Assembly: GCA_030699905.1 (NCBI GenBank)
Contig: JAUYKQ010000025.1
Span: 1 to 55,206 of the forward strand
Direction of reading: 5' to 3'
DNA: 55,206 nt
Source: a bacterium
Lineage (GTDB): Bacteria; Patescibacteriota; Minisyncoccia; Phycocordibacterales; GCA-002787175
Shown here: positions 50,894-55,206 of the stretch, piece after piece
Position numbering within the stretch: position 1 is the first letter of the stretch
How the letters are laid out: each line of letters starts with the position of its first letter
The notes under the pieces: generated by a model
Database searches by the model: none
What the model was told of the DNA's origin: nothing
What the model saw: the letters and a program-made list of their open reading frames with translations, nothing else
Program-made: the position numbers and the translations under genes

Positions 50894-50945
50894 CCCCCTA
50901 CACACATTTTGGACGGCCGTCCAAAATGTGTGTAGGGGGGTTTTC
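50894..50945 (+). terminator. intrinsic terminator formed by a perfect 46-nt palindrome
   Basis: ccccctacacacattttggacgg|ccgtccaaaatgtgtgtaggggg followed by gttttc. Confidence 0.75.
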
Positions 50946-51130
50946 GGTAAGAATTTCCACGAGTAAGCTCCGTGAGTAAACTCCGCATATAAGCACTTAC
51001 AGCTTATTGCTAAAAAGTATCACTTTTAGCAATAAGCATCGCTTCTCCATGAATTTATGGAGTTTCTACGCCAAACCCACACAGCGCAAACTGTGCGCCA
51101 GAAGTTTACAATCCAACCGTGAGAATTTTT

Positions 51131-52102
51131 TTAGGACTTGCTTGCCGTGCGGTCTTTTTCATCAAACCCTCCGGCAACTGTCATCTCTCCTTTTAGGCGC
51201 GGGTGAGAGTCATAGTTTTCAAGAGTTACTAATTCGGGCTTGAATGTTTCCAAGCTTTTCACTTCATCGTTTATGACAAGACGAGGGAAAGGTTTTGGCT
51301 CCCGAGTTATCTGCTCTTTCACCTGTTCAATATGGTTTTCGTAAATATGAGCATCGCCGAAAGTGTGGACAAATTCTCCGGGTTCATATCCGCATATTTT
51401 CGCCACGATCATAGTTAAAGCGGAATAACTTGCGATATTGAATGGGACCCCGAGAAACATATCCGCGCTTCGCTGATAAAGTTGGCAGGACAATTTATTG
51501 CCGGCAACGTTAAAATGAAAAAGAATGTGGCAAAGCGGAAAAGAAAGCGCTTCGCCCGGTCGGGCCATGGCGTAAAGATAAGTCGGATTCCAAGCGGAAA
51601 GAATGGCGTGCTTGCGTTCCGGATAATTCTTCAGAGTGTTTATAACCCATGCAAGCTGGTCTATTTTCCTTCCATCATCGCTCGCCGTCCATGCCCTCCA
51701 CTGCTCTCCGTATATGTGAGGTAGCTCGCCGTGTTCTTTGGCAAACTCATCGTCGGTTTTTATCTTATCAACAAATTCTTCAAGAGAAAGAATCGGCAGT
51801 TCGCCTTTGTCCGATTTTTTCTTGTAAATTTTGTAAGGATAATCGTTCCATATCGGCACTTTATTATCCACCAAATATTTTATATTTGTCTGCCCCGACA
51901 TAAACCAGTAAAGCTCGTGAAGGATGCTGTTCCATGGTACTTTTTTGGTTGTCAAAAGAGGAAAACCCTTTGACAAGTCAAACCTGATTTGCCTTCCAAA
52001 GACGCTCACAAGCCCTATGCCGGTATTGTGGTCGTGCTTTAAGACACCGTTTTCTAAGATGTCCTTGAGAAGATTTAAATATTGTTGTTCGGGGTGAAGC
52101 AT
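51131..52102 (-). CDS. thyA: thymidylate synthase ThyA
   Basis: WNPTYLYAMARPGEALSFPLCHILFHFNV (catalytic Cys region), LYQRSADMFLGVPFNIASYSALT, GDAHIYENH. Confidence 0.9.
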   Translation of the reverse strand: MLHPEQQYLNLLKDILENGVLKHDHNTGIGLVSVFGRQIRFDLSKGFPLLTTKKVPWNSILHELYWFMSGQTNIKYLVDNKVPIWNDYPYKIYKKKSDKGELPILSLEEFVDKIKTDDEFAKEHGELPHIYGEQWRAWTASDDGRKIDQLAWVINTLKNYPERKHAILSAWNPTYLYAMARPGEALSFPLCHILFHFNVAGNKLSCQLYQRSADMFLGVPFNIASYSALTMIVAKICGYEPGEFVHTFGDAHIYENHIEQVKEQITREPKPFPRLVINDEVKSLETFKPELVTLENYDSHPRLKGEMTVAGGFDEKDRTASKS

Positions 52103-52103
52103 G

Positions 52104-52212
52104 GCGTATAGCGTGAAGCGTGTAGCGTGTAGCGTCAGAGTATTTCTTTTCCGGCGTTACACGTTACAAGTTACACGTTGTATATTATGGCGTTACAAGT
52201 TACATGTTTTGC
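52104..52212. repeat. about 110-nt gtgtagcgt / acgttaca hairpin in the dcd-thyA spacer
   Basis: Shares a 50-nt identical core (52126-52175) with 26355-26404. Confidence 0.85.
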
Positions 52213-52215
52213 GAA

Positions 52216-52779
52216 TCATTTCTTCTTCCGAGAAGAAATGATTCTCGGCGGGATATATCCAACCCTGTTGTTGCCGTTATACCGCCCCGTCTCGCGATAA
52301 TTTTGCTCGGTTTGGCTTGAGAGTGGCGAGAATGTGAGCTGGGCGATGGACATGCCGGGGCGAAGTATTATCGGCACATTGTTTAGGTTGCAAAGTTCAA
52401 GCGCGACATTTAGGAAGTGTCCGGGGTTTATAAGGGCGGCCGAATTGTGGACCAAAAGACCGATGCGAGCCAGAGACGACTTGCCGTTTACTTCAATAAG
52501 ATAGTGGTCAGAACCGAAATATTCTTTGGAATAGCCGAGAAGAGAAACGCCCGGATGAAGCACGAAAGCGTCGCCGTCTTTGATATTGACTTCGCGGGTC
52601 TTAGGGAAGACCTTGTTAACAGGGTCAATAAAAGTGGTGGTATGCGAGTCGGTAACGATAAATTTGCCCGCCAGAGTAATGTCATAGCTTGCCGGCTGAA
52701 GCTTCCCAACGTCAAAAGGCCTAAGCGTAATGTGCTTTTCCTTGACGGCTTTTTTGATGTCGGTATCTGATAAAAACAT
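52216..52779 (-). CDS. dcd: dCTP deaminase (dUTPase superfamily)
   Basis: MFLSDTDIKKAVKEKHITLRPFDVGKLQPASYDITLAGKF...GKSSLARIGLLVH. Confidence 0.88.
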   Translation of the reverse strand: MFLSDTDIKKAVKEKHITLRPFDVGKLQPASYDITLAGKFIVTDSHTTTFIDPVNKVFPKTREVNIKDGDAFVLHPGVSLLGYSKEYFGSDHYLIEVNGKSSLARIGLLVHNSAALINPGHFLNVALELCNLNNVPIILRPGMSIAQLTFSPLSSQTEQNYRETGRYNGNNRVGYIPPRIISSRKKK

Positions 52780-52787
52780 GGCTTTTA

Positions 52788-52875
52788 TTCTCTAATCAAT
52801 CCCGAATCTCTGTCCCTAATCTTCTCGAATCCTCATTCGGGTTATTCGGGTTTTAAATTAGAGATTGATTAGTGA
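52788..52875. repeat. ctaatcaat / cccgaat word hairpin in the CYTH-dcd spacer
   Basis: ctctaatcaatcccgaat...attcgggttattcggg...attagagattgattag. Confidence 0.7.
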
Positions 52876-53610
52876 CTATTCAATAGTAAAAACTTTGTCC
52901 GTTCCATAATACTCCGCCCAGTGCTCATTGTAAAACTCAAACATCCGCTCCAACCTGTCCTGTGCGAGTTCTTCGACTCCGATTTCTCCCATAAAATCCC
53001 TTATTTCTTTTTCAATCATCTTTACATCATCGCCCTCTTTGCCTGATTTCTCAAATTCAGCCAAATAGCCGTAACCGGCATTTTTATCTATGGTTATCTG
53101 CATATTGTGGGTCTTGCTTTCATACTCCTCCCTCTCGCGCGACCACTTGGCTTGATAAGTAAGACCGGCATCCAAAAGGATTTTATCAAGTTCGTCTAAT
53201 GTTTTAAAAACTTCTTCTTGAAACTCAACCCTGGAAACGCCGTTTGCGCTTGTATCGTCGCCTACGGACGCTTTCATTACAAAGTACACTTTACCGTCCG
53301 CATCCCTCGTACGTATGGAAACCTTTTTTCCTTCCTCGCAAATCTTTTTAAGAGCTTCTTTTTTATCTTCGGCGACAAGAGGTCCGATAATTTCGCACAC
53401 CTTACTCAAGATTTTCCCCCCATTCGCATGAGCGGCATTCGTGGCTGCCGCAATCCCTTGCGCAGCTTGGGATGGCACATTGAAGTAATGATTGAGCTGT
53501 TTATGCTCCCCTTTTTTTGTGAGGGACTTATCCTTTTCGGCAAGCTTTTTTTTGGCCTCTTCGGCTCTTTCTTTGGAACCGAGAAGGGATTTTATTTCTA
53601 TTTCATACAT
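52876..53610 (-). CDS. CYTH-domain protein (CyaB/ThTPase-like triphosphate tunnel enzyme)
   Basis: ATG at 53610: MYEIEIKSLLG (ExExK motif). The upstream part of the track ORF is GC-rich read-through. Confidence 0.7.
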   Translation of the reverse strand: MYEIEIKSLLGSKERAEEAKKKLAEKDKSLTKKGEHKQLNHYFNVPSQAAQGIAAATNAAHANGGKILSKVCEIIGPLVAEDKKEALKKICEEGKKVSIRTRDADGKVYFVMKASVGDDTSANGVSRVEFQEEVFKTLDELDKILLDAGLTYQAKWSREREEYESKTHNMQITIDKNAGYGYLAEFEKSGKEGDDVKMIEKEIRDFMGEIGVEELAQDRLERMFEFYNEHWAEYYGTDKVFTIE

Positions 53611-53612
53611 AA

Positions 53613-53689
53613 CACGACACGAATAAAATACATGAGTATTATAAGCTGATTTGAGGGTTGTGGAAAGACTGGCACGACACGAATAAAAT
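53613..53689 (-). promoter_or_regulatory. 17-nt perfect direct repeats bracketing a TATAAT -10
   Basis: cacgacacgaataaaat at 53613-29 and at 53673-89. rc of 53638-43 is TATAAT. Confidence 0.45.
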
Positions 53690-53834
53690 TGAAGAAGGGA
53701 CGGGCTGGATTGCCACACTGCGTTCGCAATGACGGAGAGAGCGACAAAAGCAAAAGAGTGGATTGGCTGGTTTCCAACGCGCCACCCGTATGGCGTGTTG
53801 AAATGGCTGTATAGAGCGGTATAAATGGATAATA

Positions 53835-53870
53835 AAACCCGCCTTTCGCGAAGCACGCGAAAGGCGGGTT
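53835..53870 (-). terminator. intrinsic terminator after the second GC-rich ORF
   Basis: aaacccgcctttcgcg-aagca-cgcgaaaggcgggtt, with TTTTATT on the minus strand. Confidence 0.8.
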
Positions 53871-53896
53871 GGAAACTAACTGTACAGACGGAGCAA

Positions 53897-54700
53897 CTAT
53901 CCCCTCTTTTCTTCAAGGACAATTGCCTCGCGGAAGCCGCAGTGGGCACACTCGTTGTCGTCATCGTAACGGCCGAAGAACACCCAGCTATCGCCCGCAT
54001 GCCAGGAGCCGCACGCGACGCGACCGCCAACCGGAAAAGTGTTTTCCGGAAACACCGTCGCGGTCACTCCGGGGTCCAGAAACTGCTTTTCTACTTCATA
54101 TAGCAGTCCCTGACCTATGCCGTATCCGCGCAGGTGAAGCGGACGCGTTTGACGACCGCTGAACCAGTGCCGCGCGTACTTCGGCGGAAGTCCCATCGTT
54201 GCCGGTGTTGGCGTCGGCGAGCGCTCCATGAGAGAGAGCGTCGTTCCTTCGGCGATTGCGCCGGTGGACTCTCCGACATCGGTCCCTCCCCAGACGATGA
54301 GATTTTGCGCTTTGAGAACTTCCACCATCTGCCAGTTGGTAAGCCCTGCCGGATCGAAAATCGGCAGAATATGTTTCCATGGAAGCCGGGCCGGCAACGC
54401 AAACATCTCCCGAAGATTTACCGTCATGCCGAGATACTTCTCGGTAAACTGCTCCGCATGGCCAAGCCACGCAAAGCAGTCCGTTTCTTCAATCGGATAG
54501 CCCGTAATCTCAACGGGAACCGCCGGAATCGGAATGGTACCCGGAAGTACGAAGCCATACTTAAATGCTGGTGCTACTTCTTGTTTTTGCGCAAGGTAGT
54601 ATTTTTCCACCTCCTCTGTTAATCCCGCTACGCAGACTTGGCTTGCAACAAGCAGAGTAAAGTCGTGCGTTGATTTTCTGATTAAGGGTTCCGTAGACAT
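53897..54700 (-). CDS. GC-rich orphan protein; C-terminus related to that of 49382-49993
   Basis: 267 aa, ATG with AAAGGAA SD. C-terminus TVFPENTFPVGGRVACGSWHAGDSWVFFGRYDDDNECAHCGFREAIVL. Confidence 0.6.
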   Translation of the reverse strand: MSTEPLIRKSTHDFTLLVASQVCVAGLTEEVEKYYLAQKQEVAPAFKYGFVLPGTIPIPAVPVEITGYPIEETDCFAWLGHAEQFTEKYLGMTVNLREMFALPARLPWKHILPIFDPAGLTNWQMVEVLKAQNLIVWGGTDVGESTGAIAEGTTLSLMERSPTPTPATMGLPPKYARHWFSGRQTRPLHLRGYGIGQGLLYEVEKQFLDPGVTATVFPENTFPVGGRVACGSWHAGDSWVFFGRYDDDNECAHCGFREAIVLEEKRG

Positions 54701-54821
54701 ACGGGTTCCTTTCTTTTTTGATTTTCCTGTGAAGAACAGTTCAAACGGTGCGTATTTGCGCCGTTTTCTGTCCGAAAATATCTTACCACACCTATCGCCA
54801 ATTCGTCAATCTTGCAAAATG

Positions 54822-54849
54822 CTGAAAGTATGAAATACTGAAAGTATGA
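54822..54849 (+). promoter_or_regulatory. 12-nt perfect direct repeat at the antitoxin start (possible operator)
   Basis: ctgaaagtatga at 54822-33 and at 54838-49. Confidence 0.35.
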
Positions 54850-55079
54850 GAAATATCATAAACATCAACGAACGCGGGACGCTTACGCTCCCTAAAGCTC
54901 TGCGAAAAAAGCTCGGCATAAGCGGCGAAGGGCAGGTCATTGCCGAAGAAACGAGCGATGGTGTCGTGCTTAAAGCGGGAGCGGCTTTCCCTATTGAAAT
55001 CTATACCGACGAGCGTATCGCGGAATTTCAGAAGAATAACGAGGAAGCGCTTAAAAAGTTCTCGCTCAAGAAGCGATGA
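54846..55079 (+). CDS. AbrB/SpoVT-fold antitoxin (VapB-like)
   Basis: RGTLTLPKALRKKLGISGEGQVIAEETSDGVVLK. ATGA overlap with the next ORF. Confidence 0.75.
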   Translation: MRNIININERGTLTLPKALRKKLGISGEGQVIAEETSDGVVLKAGAAFPIEIYTDERIAEFQKNNEEALKKFSLKKR

Positions 55080-55206
55080 GAGTGTTTTTGGACGCGAATA
55101 TCCTATTTTCCGCCGCGATGCCAAAAAGTCGCATCGGGGGTTTAGTGCGCCTCGCCAAGCGCCATGCGACTCTGCTTACCAATTCATACGCGGCAGAAGA
55201 GGCACG
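55076..55206 (+). CDS. PIN-domain toxin (VapC-like), N-terminal fragment cut by the window end
   Basis: Manual translation: MRVFLDANILFSAAMPKSRIGGLVRLAKRHATLLTNSYAAEEA... Confidence 0.6.
   Translation, partial: MRVFLDANILFSAAMPKSRIGGLVRLAKRHATLLTNSYAAEEA

Noticed and set aside
53897-54030. C-terminal GSW...GFR segment, considered as a diversity-generating retroelement variable region
   Set aside because: No reverse transcriptase ORF and no template-repeat copy of this segment could be found anywhere in the window. It is kept only as something to test genome-wide.

Overview
This 55.2 kb window comes from a small-genome, housekeeping-dense bacterium. Gene content suggests Candidate Phyla Radiation / Patescibacteria: type IV pilin, giant surface proteins, an unlinked and insertion-riddled 23S rRNA gene, and standard code with intact ORFs. 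That placement is inference only. All protein calls rest on motif recognition by eye, because no searches could be run.

Layout, left to right:
- The 5' two thirds of a 23S rRNA gene (minus strand).
- Mostly minus-strand genes: a membrane protein, a wHTH protein, rplJ-rplL, a 1286-aa secreted multidomain protein, an O-antigen-ligase-like/TPR protein, and a 1151-aa wall-binding surface protein.
- A plus-strand block: ftsK, a small membrane protein, recA, a GxxExxY ORF and efp.
- Minus strand again: rpsF-ssb-rpsR, a tatD-like gene, a pilin, metG, a perM-like gene, an M16 peptidase, glyQS, recO, a frameshifted purB, ileS, a Fic protein, argS, tmk, glyA, thyA, dcd and a CYTH protein.
- Also present: two GC-rich orphan ORFs, a PaaX-like regulator, and a VapB/VapC-like pair at the right edge.

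No CRISPR array, tRNA, transposase, integrase or reverse transcriptase was recognised.

Most interesting signals:
1. A pervasive population of hairpin elements built from tandem 7-12 nt words. They interrupt the 23S rRNA at 8 or more sites, fill intercistronic spacers of ribosomal-protein operons, and sit in frame inside conserved enzymes (TatD, IleRS, SHMT and probably GlyRS and MetRS).
2. An IleRS with a complete histidine-phosphatase (PGAM-like) domain nested between two canonical IleRS blocks.
3. A roughly 130 bp palindromic MITE-like element, present in 4.5 copies.
4. A GxxExxY ORF sitting exactly in the loop of one of the hairpin elements.
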